Positions 9,929-21,500 of a stretch of DNA of 64,000 bases are shown here, piece by piece. The first letter of the stretch is position 1; the number at the start of each line of letters is the position of its first letter. The position numbers and the translations under genes were made by a program. The stretch comes from Candidatus Eiseniibacteriota bacterium (GTDB taxonomy: Bacteria; Eisenbacteria; RBG-16-71-46; SZUA-252), in contig CAVRUU010000003.1 of the NCBI GenBank assembly GCA_963724515.1, forward strand, positions 315,319 through 379,318, given 5' to 3'. Under the pieces are notes generated by a model. The model was given only the letters and a program-made list of their open reading frames with translations, was not told where the DNA came from and searched no databases.

Positions 9929-10858
9929 CTAATGCTTCTCGGTCGAAACTCCAGTCGGCGATTGCCTGATGATCTTCGATTGGGAGCTGAGAAAATCCTC
10001 CAGGATCTGGATGCTGCTCTTCGCGCTCTCCGCGACAACCGTGGTGGAATCGATCTCCACGACCCGCTTCCAGTACGAGAGAGCCTGCTTGAAGATCTGC
10101 GCGTCCGCGAACGCGACGCCCATGTTGTAGTTCGCTTCCTGGTTTCTGGGATCGTACCGGAGCGCCTTCCGGTACAGCGCCGTCGCTTCGGGAATCCTTT
10201 GCTGAGAGTATTCGGCGTTCGCGAGATTCGTCAGCGCTCGCACGCTCGTCGAGTCGATGGAGAGCGCCTTCCGGTACGCCTGCATCGCCTCTGGGGCCTT
10301 CCCCAGCTCGCCCTGGATGAGTCCCAGGCTCACCCATGCGTCGGCGAGTGGCGGCGAGAGCTCGGTCGCCCTCCGGAACTCGCTGAGGGCGTCGTCGCTG
10401 TGCCCCTTGGCGAGGTGCAAATTCCCCATGTTGAAATGCGCCGAGGAATCGTTTGGGTTGAGCTTGACCGCTTTCCGGAATTCGCGTTCTGCGTCCTCGG
10501 GGCGTTTGAGGTCCATGTATGCCGCCCCGAGGCTCACGTGGGCGGTCGAGCTGTTGGGAGCCAGCACTACCGTTTTCTTGAACGCTTCCAGGGCATCCTG
10601 ATAGCGGCCCGCCCGGCGGTAGGCGCCGCCGAGCGCCAGGTAGGCATCTGCATCTTTCGGCGATTTTTTCGTTAGCTGTAGCGCTTCTTCCACGGAAACG
10701 GCGCTGGATGCCGGGGCACCGGCCGGCACCTGGGTGGGTGACAGCGTGGCACTCCCATTCGCAACGGATTCCGCGCCGCTGGAGCCGGGAACGAGGGAAA
10801 TTGCAATGATGCCGAAGAGGGCGAGAATCTTCCGAAGCGCGCGGTTGGACGAGGTCAT
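9929..10858 (-). CDS. Exported TPR-repeat protein
   Basis: Signal peptide, then canonical TPRs (AYLALGGAY, AHFNMGNL, ANYNMGVAF). Start is ATG 10858 or TTG 10882. Confidence 0.88.
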   Translation of the reverse strand: MTSSNRALRKILALFGIIAISLVPGSSGAESVANGSATLSPTQVPAGAPASSAVSVEEALQLTKKSPKDADAYLALGGAYRRAGRYQDALEAFKKTVVLAPNSSTAHVSLGAAYMDLKRPEDAEREFRKAVKLNPNDSSAHFNMGNLHLAKGHSDDALSEFRRATELSPPLADAWVSLGLIQGELGKAPEAMQAYRKALSIDSTSVRALTNLANAEYSQQRIPEATALYRKALRYDPRNQEANYNMGVAFADAQIFKQALSYWKRVVEIDSTTVVAESAKSSIQILEDFLSSQSKIIRQSPTGVSTEKH

Positions 10859-10891
10859 GAGTATTTGTGAGATCGGGGCCAACGTGGGCCA

Positions 10892-10920
10892 AGGCTAACG
10901 ACTCTATACCCCGAAGTCAA
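10892..10920 (-). promoter_or_regulatory. Putative sigma70 promoter
   Basis: TTGACT-N17-TAGCCT directly upstream of the TPR gene. Confidence 0.55.
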
Positions 10921-10975
10921 CCCGGTTCTCCCCGGGGCGGCGCCTCTCCCCGGACAGGTGGCCGTATCGAGCCGC

Positions 10976-11257
10976 TCAGCCCGATGCCGGCCGACCGAAC
11001 CGCTCCGCGGCGCGCGCCTTCGCCTTTGCGGCCTCCACGGCTCGATCGCGGGCGGGTGTCGTGGTCACAAGGGAATCGACCAGCCGCCGGGCCACACCGA
11101 ACACCTCTTCGACAGAGCGGTTGAACGAGGCCTCGTTCGCCTTCGACGGCGCGTTGAATCCGCTGATCTTTCGCACGAACTGCAGCGAGGCGGCGCGGAT
11201 CTCCTCGTCCGTCGCCGGTGGATCGAAATTGAAGAGCGTTCGGATATTCCTGCACAT
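10976..11257 (-). CDS. DUF2277 family protein
   Basis: MCRNIRTLFNFDPPATDEEIRAASLQFVRKISG is the characteristic DUF2277 N-terminus. The true start is ATG 11257 (GGGGAGG upstream). Confidence 0.88.
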   Translation of the reverse strand: MCRNIRTLFNFDPPATDEEIRAASLQFVRKISGFNAPSKANEASFNRSVEEVFGVARRLVDSLVTTTPARDRAVEAAKAKARAAERFGRPASG

Positions 11258-11471
11258 GATGTGTCGCTGCCTCCCCTGCGAGCCCTTCTGAATTCGGAAT
11301 CCAGGACGGGTGATGCCCGAGAACTCTACCACCCTGGCCCGTTTCTGCTCAATGCCGCGGCGCGCTCGAGGGGCAGCGTGCTGGGTATTCGGATATGCTG
11401 GGCTGGCTACTTTGAGTTGGACGGCACGGCTGTGACCGACCGCTTTCGAACCGAACGGAGGTCGAGGAACA

Positions 11472-12137
11472 ATGACTGATACGCCAAAATCGATTGTCGT
11501 GTTGGCGCGTATAGCGATGCTGGGAACGCTATTCTTTGCGTTCGTCATGTATGTTGCATTTGTCTTCATACAGCCCGAGTTGAATCCTATCTATCGATTT
11601 GGCAGCGAATACTCGGTTGGTCGAATGGGCTGGCTCATGAAGGTGGCGTTCTTCGTGTGGGGCGGCGGACTGCTGGCATTGGCCTTCGCAATGGCAAAAG
11701 GTCTAGACACGGTCTCTCGCTCGAAAACTGCGATCATCCTCTTTGCAGTTGGCGGAGTTGGTATCTTCTTCGCCGGGGTTTTCGATTCGGATCTACAGGT
11801 TCTCAATGAGAATCCGCCGCCGATCTGGGTTGAGGCGCCGGCGTCCGATGAGCAGTCGTTGCACGATGCGGCCGGTATGGTCGGTCTTCTTAGTCTGATG
11901 GCTGCCGCGGGCTTCGCAACACGTCGCCTACGGCGTGCCGGGCGGCTTGGGTCCAAGTACCGCACACTGCGGTTGCTATCCTGGCTCACGCCGGCTGCGT
12001 TTGTTGCCTTCGCGTTCTTCTTTGTCTCGTATGGACTGGCGGGACTCGGACAGCGCGTTTTTCTGGCGCTGATGTTCGCATGGCAAATCATCGCTGCCCG
12101 CGGGCTTGCGACTGGTGTGTTCTCGTTGCGGCAGTAA
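11472..12137 (+). CDS. DUF998-like multi-pass membrane protein
   Basis: 221 aa with about six TM segments; '[10 protein letters not shown]', 'AGVF', 'LHDAAG' and 'GLGQRVFL' fit DUF998. RBS GAGGAAC; visibly lower GC than the flanks. Confidence 0.75.
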   Translation: MTDTPKSIVVLARIAMLGTLFFAFVMYVAFVFIQPELNPIYRFGSEYSVGRMGWLMKVAFFVWGGGLLALAFAMAKGLDTVSRSKTAIILFAVGGVGIFFAGVFDSDLQVLNENPPPIWVEAPASDEQSLHDAAGMVGLLSLMAAAGFATRRLRRAGRLGSKYRTLRLLSWLTPAAFVAFAFFFVSYGLAGLGQRVFLALMFAWQIIAARGLATGVFSLRQ

Positions 12138-12139
12138 CA

Positions 12140-13652
12140 TCACCGGCCTCCCGCGGGCATGCGATATTGCAACGCCTCCGCGAGGTGCTCGGAGTGCACG
12201 GTCTCCGAGCCGGCAAGGTCGGCGATCGTCCTGGCCACGCGGCGCACGCGAATCACGCCACGGGCGGTGATCCGAAAGGTCTCCGCCGCGCGCCGGAGCA
12301 GCGCGCGAGAATCGGCGTCGAGGGGCGCGACTCGTCCCAGTTCCTTGGCCGTGAGTGCCGCGTTCCTCCCCTCTGATGGAGTTCGAGCCGAGGCAATGCC
12401 GCGGGCTCGAACCACGCGCTCGCGCACGGCGGACGAGCACTCTCCGGCACGCTCCCGCGAACAGGTCGTCCATGGTCACGGCCGGAATCTCGAGCACCAG
12501 GTCGATGCGGTCGAGGATCGGGCCCGACACCTTGGACCAGTAGCGGGCAACCGCATCGGGCGCGCACCGGCATGCACGGCGCGGATCGCCTCGAAATCCG
12601 CACGGGCAGGGGTTCATCGCGGCCACGAGGGAGAACGCGGCGGGAAACACGGTGGCGCCGCCCGCGCGGGCGATCGAGACGTACCCTTCCTCGAGCGGCT
12701 GCCTCAGAGCCTCGAGCGCGTTCCGGTGGAATTCCGGCAGCTCGTCGAGGAAGAGAACCCCCCGGTGCGCGAGGCTCACCTCTCCCGGAAACGGCCCGCG
12801 TCCTCCTCCGACGAGGCCGGCGTCCGAGATCGTGTGGTGCGGCGCCCGGAAGGGAGGATCGAGGATCAGGCCGGCTCCGGGTGGGAGCCTCCCCGCCACC
12901 GAATGGATGGTGCTCACCTCGACCGCCTCCTCCCTCGTGAGCGGAGGGAGAATACCCGGGAGGCGCCTCGCGAGCATGGTCTTGCCCGAGCCCGGAGGTC
13001 CCACGAAGAGGAGGTTGTGGCCGCCCGCCGCCGCCACCTCGAGCGCCCTCCTGGCCACGGCCTGGCCGCGCACATCCGTGAGGTCCGGCGGCTCGGGTCC
13101 GGATGCGCCGTCGCCGACTCCTTCGCGCGGTTCCGCTGCCTCGGGCGCCTCGTCTCCCCGCAGCTCGCGGAGCGATCCCAGGGTGCGGACCTGAATTCCG
13201 CCGATCGCGCGCGCCTCCCGCCCGTTCTCGCGCGGAATCCAGACGGGCCCCCGTCCCTCGCGCTTCGCGGCGGCCATCACCGCGAGGATCCCGCGAACGC
13301 CGCGCAGCGTTCCGTCGAGGGCCAGCTCCCCCACGAACACGCCCTCCTCGAGTGCCGGGCCGCGCGGGATCTGGCCCGAGGCGAGAAGGAGCGCCACCGC
13401 GATCGGCAGATCGAAGCGCGCCCCCTCCTTCCGGACGTGCGCGGGCGCCAGATTCACGGTGATCTTCCGCGCCGGGAACTCGAAGCCACAATTTCGGAGC
13501 GCCGCCAGCACGCGCTCCCGGCTTTCGCGCACCGCGGCGTCGGGCAACCCGACGATCGAAAACGTGGGGAGGCCGGCGCCGAGGTCGGCCTCGACCTCGA
13601 CGAACAGCCCCTGGATCCCCTGGGTGGCGCAGCTCGAGACACGAGCGAGCAT
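12140..13652 (-). pseudogene. comM: ComM/YifB Mg-chelatase-like AAA+ ATPase with a single-base frameshift near 12455
   Basis: [43 protein letters not shown] and AMNPCPCG are in one frame; the conserved C-terminus (VRERVVRAR...RVARTIADL...EALQYR) is in another. Removing one G at 12454-12456 joins them. Could be a sequencing error. Confidence 0.85.
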
Positions 13653-13700
13653 GGGACTCAATCCGGGGGAGATCAGGTTTACAGCGTGGGTGCGGCTACC

Positions 13701-14471
13701 TCAGACCCCTTCGGGCAGGAGCAACCGCTGGAGCTCCTGGTGGGTCGAGACGGTGAGCGTGGGCCTGGTGTCGCGGGCCGCCGCGTCGAAGGCGTTCGGG
13801 ATCGCCGAGAAGTGGACCGTTTCGAGCCCGAGCGCCTGCGCCCCGCCGACGTCGTGGTAGAGCGAATCGCCGACCATCGCGATCTCGCCGGGCTCCAGGC
13901 TCCAGCGGTCCAGCACCGCCCGAAACGCCGCCGCATGCGGCTTCCGGACGCCGATGTCGGCCGATACGATCAGGGGGGCGAAGAATCCGGACCATCCCAT
14001 GAGGCCCACGACGCGCTCGATGTAGCGGCCGTCCGTCGCGTTCGAGAGCAGGGCGAGCCGGATTCCCCGCCCGCGGAGCGCTTCGAGCAGGTCGCCGGCG
14101 CCCGGCATCGGGCGCATCCACGCCACCTCCGCGCGGAAGAACTCCTCGAGCGCGCGCTCTGGATCGAGTCCCGCGCCCGGCGCGAGACCGAGATCGGAGA
14201 GCGTCTCACGCAGCGAGCGGAGCGCCGGGATCTCCCGCCCTTCCTCCTCCGCGAGCAGCCGATTTCGCTCGCGCACGTCGAGAAATCGCTCCACGAAGGC
14301 GGCCCCCTGGGCCTCGGCCAGCGCTCCCACGCCCACCAGATACGCCGTGAGGCGCTCCGCGCCGGGGCGCGCGACCACGTCCGCGTAGTCCGTGCGGGTG
14401 GAACGGACGCTCGGATCGAGGCGCACGAGCGTGTTGCCGTAGTCGAAGATCACGCCGCGGAGCTGCTTCAT
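13701..14471 (-). CDS. HAD-superfamily hydrolase
   Basis: IFDYGNTL (motif I), LLSN, RKP and VGDSLYHDVGGA. Confidence 0.9.
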   Translation of the reverse strand: MKQLRGVIFDYGNTLVRLDPSVRSTRTDYADVVARPGAERLTAYLVGVGALAEAQGAAFVERFLDVRERNRLLAEEEGREIPALRSLRETLSDLGLAPGAGLDPERALEEFFRAEVAWMRPMPGAGDLLEALRGRGIRLALLSNATDGRYIERVVGLMGWSGFFAPLIVSADIGVRKPHAAAFRAVLDRWSLEPGEIAMVGDSLYHDVGGAQALGLETVHFSAIPNAFDAAARDTRPTLTVSTHQELQRLLLPEGV

Positions 14472-14586
14472 TCGCTTTTCGAGTCGGGGTTCAACCGAGA
14501 GGGTTCATTGAGGATCGAGACGCCGCGAGTGTAGACTGCCGGTCCGGAAGGTGTCAACAGCGAGTGAAGCTCGGGGAGGATTCGGG

Positions 14587-15498
14587 ATGGCGGATTCGAT
14601 CGGCGTCGTCGGAGGCGGAGCGCTGGGAACGCTCCTCGCCTCGCGCTTTCTCGCGTCCGGCGCCGACGTGCACGTCGTGACCCGCTCGGGGGGATCCCGC
14701 CACGAGGCGCTGAAGCGCGACCACCCGTCGCTCGAGGTGGGCGCGGACTTCGGGATCCTCGAGGACAGCGACCTCCTGTTTCTCTGCGTGAAGTCGTACC
14801 ACACGAAGGACGTCGCCCGGTCGCTCAAGGGACTGGGTCTCCGGAAGGCGTCGATCTGCTCGCTCCAGAACGGCTGGGGCCACATGGAGATTCTCGACAC
14901 CGCGCTGCCCCGCCTCCCGATCCTGGCGGGCGCGACCTCGCTCGGAGCCTACCTGGACGACCGTGGCATGCTCCACGCGGTGGAGCGAGGAACGACTGTC
15001 GTCGCGCCCTGGCGCTCCCCCGATCTCAAGGCGGCGCAGCGAGCCGCCGAGATCCTGCGCTCGACGGGCCTGCTCTCGGAGGTGCGGCCCGACGCGCGCG
15101 CCGTGCTGTGGCGAAAGCTCGTGCTGAACTCCGCGGTGAATCCCGTCACCGCGCTGGCGCACTGCACGAACGGCACGCTCATGGCGGAGCCGGGTCTCTT
15201 CGAGATAGCGCGTCTGGCGGCGCGGGAGGCGGCGAGCATCGGAAGAAAGCTCGGCCTGACCGAGCCCGACTTCGACCCCGAGGGGGCCCTGCGGGCCATC
15301 CTCAAGGAGACCGCCGGGAATCTCTCCTCGATGAGGGAAGATCTTTCCCGTGGCAGGAGAACCGAGATCGAGGAGATCACGGGGGCGATCGTCCAGCTCG
15401 CCGACTCGGTCGGAGAGGAAGCCCCCGTCCAGCGCGCGCTCTTGACGCTCGTGCGCGCCGCCGAGCGCCGCCTTGAAACGAAACGGGGCGACCCGTGA
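14587..15498 (+). CDS. panE: 2-dehydropantoate 2-reductase (ketopantoate reductase)
   Basis: GGGALG Rossmann motif, CVKSY, LQNG, WRKLVLN, NP, SSMRED and RRTEIE. Confidence 0.9.
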   Translation: MADSIGVVGGGALGTLLASRFLASGADVHVVTRSGGSRHEALKRDHPSLEVGADFGILEDSDLLFLCVKSYHTKDVARSLKGLGLRKASICSLQNGWGHMEILDTALPRLPILAGATSLGAYLDDRGMLHAVERGTTVVAPWRSPDLKAAQRAAEILRSTGLLSEVRPDARAVLWRKLVLNSAVNPVTALAHCTNGTLMAEPGLFEIARLAAREAASIGRKLGLTEPDFDPEGALRAILKETAGNLSSMREDLSRGRRTEIEEITGAIVQLADSVGEEAPVQRALLTLVRAAERRLETKRGDP

Positions 15499-15510
15499 GG
15501 GCCGCCCCGC
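15476..15510 (-). terminator. Intrinsic terminator after the giant surface-protein gene
   Basis: Minus strand CGGGGCGGCCC-TCAC-GGGTCGCCCCG followed by TTTCGTTT, at the junction of convergent genes. Confidence 0.7.
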
Positions 15511-15531
15511 TCTTCAGCTGATCCTGCCCGG

Positions 15532-18500
15532 CTACTTCGCCACGACGAGCTGGCTCTTCACCGTGCGCCCCGGGGTCTCGAGGACGTAGAAGTACACGCC
15601 CGAGGCTACCCGCGAGCCGCTTCTCGACGTTCCGTCCCAGGCCACGTGGTGAGCGCCGCTTCCCATGAACTCGTCGGCCAGCGTCTTCACGAGGCGCCCG
15701 GCGACGTCGTAGATGTGGAGCCTCACGCTGCCCGGTGCGCTCAACTCGAAGTGGATGGTCGTGCTCGGATTGAGCGGGTTCGGGCTCGCGTACGAGGACC
15801 GCCCGTCCGCGTACTGCGCGTCGGCATCGTCATCGTATTCGTCATGACTGACGAAGCCGCCGAAGCCCTTCACCACGAAGACCTTGACGTCGGCGTGGAT
15901 CGAGCCGCCATCCTCCAGATCTCCGGTGATGTCCACTTCCACCCACCGGTGCCCTTTGGGAAGACTCGCGAACAGCCTCTGGAGGTGGCTCTTCTTGAAG
16001 CAGATCTCCAGACGCGCCCTTCCATGGTCTCCGCAATCCCTGCCGGTCAGCCTCCTGATGGAGACCGGGTGGATCGACACGCCGTTGAACGTGGCGAGGA
16101 TCGACGAGCGAACGATGTCGGATACCTGCCAGTCCGAAGTCTTGGGCTCCAGCAGGACACACCACCTGACGTGCTGCGAGCCGAGACGAATGACCCGGTC
16201 ACCGCCCCTGAGCGTGGCCTTCGCCTCGAACACCTCACCGCCCCCAGAGATCGTGGCCGTCGCGGTATCCGTGTCGCTGAGCGCCGGCGTTCCATCGTCG
16301 GTCACGGTGAGAGTCGCCGTGAAAGCGCCCGCGGCCGCATACGTGTGGGACGGCGTCGCTCCGGTTGCCTCCGCGGTGATCCCGTCGGACGCGTCGAAAT
16401 CCCACGAGTAGCTGAGCGCGTTGCCGTCCGGATCGGACGATCCGGTTCCGTTGAAGGCGACCGGCGAGCCGGCGGTTCCCGTGTACGGGCCACCCGCATC
16501 GGCGACCGGCGGCTGGTTCGCCTGGTTCGTCTGCGTGACCGTGATCGTGAAGGACCTCTCGTCATTCAGGGATCCGTCGCTGGCGCGAACCGTCGCCGAG
16601 GCTGTTCCGGCATCCGAGAATCCGGGCGCCAGATGCAGGTTACCCGTCGCGGTGCCCGTCCCTGGCGAAGTCGTCGTGACCGACGCGTAGGCCGGGCCCG
16701 AAACCAGCGAGAACGTGAGCGGGTTCAAGTCGGGATCCGTGGCGTTCAGCGTCTGATCCGCTGTGGCGCCTTCGTTCACCGTCATGTCCAACGGCTGCGT
16801 CAAAGTCGGAGCCCCGTTCGCTGGGCCCGAGACAATGCTGAACTGGGCGTTGTTCCCGGAGGGCAGATGGGAAAGGTCGGCCGTGAGCGTGATTGCCTGG
16901 ACCGCGCGGGCCACGGCGGAAACGAGTCTCAGCCGAATCGGGCTTGAAACGGTCGTGGTGGTTGTCGGGTCCGATGTCGCATACACGCTGACGGTCACTT
17001 CGCTCCCTGGCTGGACCGAGACCGTACTTGTGCCACTAATGATCGGACCGGTCTGGGTAGCCTGTGGCGCAAGGCGGGCTGAGGGAGGTGTCGGAGCCGA
17101 GCCGCCCCCGACCGTAATCGTGCTCGTGAATGTGCTCGTTCCACCAGCATCGGTCGCGGTGAACACGACGTCGTAGACGCCTTGGTCCCCGGCCTGCGGA
17201 GTCCACGTGAGCAGACCGTTCGCTCCTGTGTTGGCGGGATCCACTCCGAGGGCCGTGGTCGCGGAGCCCGAGAGCCCGTTCGAAGCCGTGAATACGACGG
17301 AGTACGTTCCTCCTGCGTCCCCGGGCTGCGGGTGCCACTGGAAGCTACCCGTCGTCTTCGAGACGTCGGTGGTGAAGGAAGCGTCGTTTCCCCCAGGCAG
17401 TGAGGGGAAGTCAGCCGTGAAGGAGTCGATCGCATCTCCGTCTGGATCGCTCGAGCTGACGTTGAAGGCGATCACACCTCCCTCTTCCCCGTTGATGCTC
17501 GAAGGCGCGGCCACCTCAGGCGCGCGGTCAACGTCATTCACCGTGATCGAGAACGTCTTCTCATCATTCAGGGTTCCGTCGCTCGCGCGGACCGTTGCCG
17601 CGTGGGTCCCCGCGTCCGAGGAGCCGGGCGCGAGGTGGATGTTGCCGGTCGCCGTCCCGGTACCGGGATCCGTCGTCGAGACCGTGACGAACGCCGGCCC
17701 GGCCGCCTTCGTGAAGGTGATCGGGTCCCCGTCTGAATCCGTCGCGTTCAGCGTCTGATCCGCCGTCGCGTTCTCGTCCACCGTCATGTCGGACGGCTGC
17801 GCGAGCACCGGAGCCTCGTCCTCCCCAGCCGCTTCGACCGTGATCGAGAACGGCTTCGAGTCCGTGAGGGTGCCGTCGCTGACCTGGGCGCTTGCGGCGT
17901 ACGGCGAATCGGCCGCGTCGCCGGTCGTCGGCGCCAGGTGGACATTCCCCTCCGTCGCGTTCGTCGTCGTGATCGTCAGGAACGTCGGGCCGGAAGCCTT
18001 GGAGAAGGTGAGCGCGTCTCCATCCGGATCGGCGCCGGTGATCACTTGATCGGCCGTCGCGTTCTCCGCCACCGTCATGTCGGAAACCGCCTGGAGCGTC
18101 GGCGCGCGATTGACGTCGTTCACCGTGATCGTGAGCGACTTGTCATCGGTGAGCGTCCCGTCGCTCGCGCGGACCGTTGCCGCGTGCGTGCCGGCGTCCG
18201 AGGAGCCGGGCGCCACGTGAATGTTCCCGGTCGCCGTCCCGGTGCCGGGGCTCGTCGTCGAGACCGTGGCGAACGTCGGCCCGGACACCCTCGTGAAGGT
18301 GATCGCATCCCCGTCTGAATCCGTCGCGTCCAGCGTCTGGTCCGCCGTCGTGTTCTCGTCGACGGTCATGTCGGACGGCTGGGCGAGCGCCGGAGCGTTG
18401 TTCTCCGGAGTCGGCGGGTTGACGGTGATCGAAAGGCTCTTCGTATCGGCGAGCGAGCCGTCGCTCGCGGTAACCGACGCGGAATAGGGCGACCCCAATG

Positions 18501-21500
18501 TGTCTCCGGCGACCGGTGCGAAATGCAGGTTGCCGGTCGAGGGCGTGAGCGTCGTGACCGTCGCGAACGCGGGTCCCGTCGCCTTGGTGAACGTCAGCGC
18601 GTCGCCGTCCGGATCGGAGGCGGTGAGCGGTTGATCCACCGTGGCGCCCTCGGTAACCGTCACGTCCGGGATGGCTGTGAGCACCGGCGGGCGGTTCACA
18701 TCGTTCACCGTGATGGAGAGCGACCGGTCGCTGTTCAAACCCCCGTCCGTGGCGCGAACCGTTGCCGCATGGGTGCCGGCATCTTCAAAACCGGGCGCGA
18801 GATGAATATTCCCGAGCGTGGGGCTCAGGGTCGCGACCGTCATGAACGCCGGCCCCGCGGTCTTGCTGAACGTGAGTGGATTCGCGTCCGGATCCTGGGC
18901 GAGGAGGGACTGGTCCGCCGTGTCTCCCTCGTTCACCGTCATGTCGGAGGGCTGGTCCATGATCGGCGCCTGGTTGGTCGCATTGACCGTGATCGTGAAG
19001 CCGCGCGTGGTTTCCGTCCCGTTCGCCGTGGCGGTCACCGATGCCGAGAAGGTCCCGGTGGTTCCGAGAGGAGGCGCAAGATGGATGCTCCCCGTGCGCG
19101 AATTGAGGAACTGAGCATTCGGGGTGAACGTCATGAATGCCGGCCCCGCTGCCGTCAACCCGATCGCGTCGCCGTCGGGGTCGGTGGCGTTTGCCGTCTG
19201 ATCGGCCGTGGAACCCGCCGCGACGACCATGTCCGCGACGGCGTCGAGCGATACCGGACGATCCACGTTGTTCACCGTGACCGTCAGGGTCTTGTCGTCC
19301 GTCAGAGCACCCGTGTCGGCCGCGCGCACCACCAGCGACGCCGTCCCCGCGTCCGAGAATCCCGGCGCCAGGGCGATGTTCCCCGTGGTGGCGTTCGTCG
19401 TCGTCACGGTCGCGTACGTCGGCCCCGATACTTTCGAGAACGTGAGCGCGTCGCTGTCCGGATCGATGCCCGTGATCGCCTGATTCGCGGTTGCCCCTTC
19501 GTCCACCGTCATGTTGGCGGGCTGGTTCAACGTCGGCGCGCGATTCAGGTTGTCCACGGTGATGGTCAACGACCGGTCGAAGCTCGCCGTCCCGTCACTC
19601 GCTCGTACCGTCGCCGCATATGAGCCGGCATCAGCGAAGCCCGGCGCCAGGTGGATGTTCCCCGAAGCGGTTCCAGTGCCGGGATCGACCGTCGTCACCG
19701 TCATGAAGGTCGGCCCCGTCACCTTCGTGAACGTCAGCGGTTCATCGTCCGTGTCGAAGCCGTTGATGGCCTGGTCCGCGGTCGCATTCTCGTCGACCGT
19801 CATGTCCGCCGGCTGCGACAACGTCGGAGCACGGTTCGTGTTCGTCACCGTGATCGTCAGCGTCTTGTCGTTCGTCAACGCGCCCGTGTCGGTCGCGCGA
19901 ACCACCGCCGCCGCCGTCCCCGCATCCGCAAATCCCGGTGCCAGGGCGATGTTGCCGGTCGTCGCGTTCGTCGTCGTCACCGTCGCGTACGTCGGGCCCG
20001 ACACCAGCGAGAACGTCAACGCGTCCGCGTCCGGATCGGTTCCCGTAATCACCTGATTCGCCGTCGCACCCTCAGCCACCGTCATGTTCGCGGGCTGCGT
20101 CAGGGTCGGCGCCTGATTCGCCGCCCCGGTGACGTCGATCACGAAGGCGTCGGAAGCGCTCTGGCCGTTCGCCGTGGCCGTCACGGAGGCCGAGAACGTT
20201 CCGGACGTGCCGCCGGGCGGAGCGAGATGGATGCTCCCGGTGCGGGTATTGCCCACCTGGACGTTGTCGGTGCGGGTCAAGAAGGCAGGCCCCGAGGAGG
20301 TGAACGTGATCGCGTCTCCGTCCAGATCCGTCGCGCTGATTCCCTGGTCCGCTGTCGATCCAGCGCCCACGGTCATGTCCGCGACGGGCGCCAGTGTGGG
20401 CGCGCGATCGACGTTGGTCACCGTGACCGTGAGGGATTTTTCGTTGAAGAGGGCCCCCGTGTCGGTGGCGCGAACCGTCGCCGACGCCGTCCCGGAATCC
20501 GTGAACCCTGGCGCCAGGTGAATGCTGCCGGTCGTGGGGTCGGTCGTGGTCACCGTCAGGTACGTCGGTCCCGAGACCTTCGAGAACGTGAGCGCGTTGC
20601 CGTCGGGATCCGTGCCCGTGATCACCTGGTTCGCCGTGGCGCCCTCGCTCACCGTCATGTTGGCGGGCTGATCCAGCGTCGGCGCGCCGTTCGCCGCCCC
20701 GTTCACCGTGATGTTGAGATTCTTGACGTCGGTCAGGGAGCCGTCCGAAGCGGTGACCGACGCGGAGTACGTTCCGGCGGTGCCGGCTCCCGGGGCGAGA
20801 TGGACGTTGCCCGTGGTCGCGTTGGTGGTCGTGACCGTCATGAAGGCCGGCCCGGTGGTCTTGGTGAAGGTCAGCGCGTCGGCGTCGGGATCGGTGCCGC
20901 TCACGACCTGGTCGGCGGTGGCATTCTCATTCACCGTCATGTTCGACGGCTGATTGAGAAACGGAGGGCGATTGGCGGCGTTCACGGTGATCGTGAAGGA
21001 CTTGTCATTCGACAGGTCGCCGTCGGTCGCGCGGACCGTGGCCGAAGACGTTCCCGCGTCGGAGAATCCGGTCACCAGCCGGACCGTCGCGGACGTGCCT
21101 CCGATCGGGATCACGGTCATGAAGGCCGGGCCCGAGATCTTGGAGAACGTCAGGGGTTCGGAGTCCGGATCCGTTCCGGTGATCACCTGCTCCGCCGTGG
21201 AATTCTCGTTGACGGTCATGTTGGCGGGCTGAACGAGCGTCGGGCCCCGATTCGTGTTCGCTATTTCCAGTACCGTCGAGGTGTTCGCGGTGCCGCCCGC
21301 GCCGTCGTTCACCAGCCAGTTGACGCTGAAGGTGCCGGCATCGGCGAAGCCGGGGGTGCCCGAGACCGTGGCGGAGACCGGCGAGGTGCCCGGTGTCGAG
21401 CTGAAGGTCAGGTCCGCCGGCATGCCGGTCTGCGTGACCGTCAGGGTGTTCGCCGCGTCCGCGTCCGTCGCGGTCGCGGTGATCGTCGTCATCGGGACAT

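Noticed and set aside
11410-12140. Integron cassette (GTTGGAC, a GTTRRRY match, upstream of the DUF998-like gene)
   Set aside because: There is no matching RYYYAAC inverse core or attC palindrome after the gene and no integrase; a 7-mer match is expected by chance.
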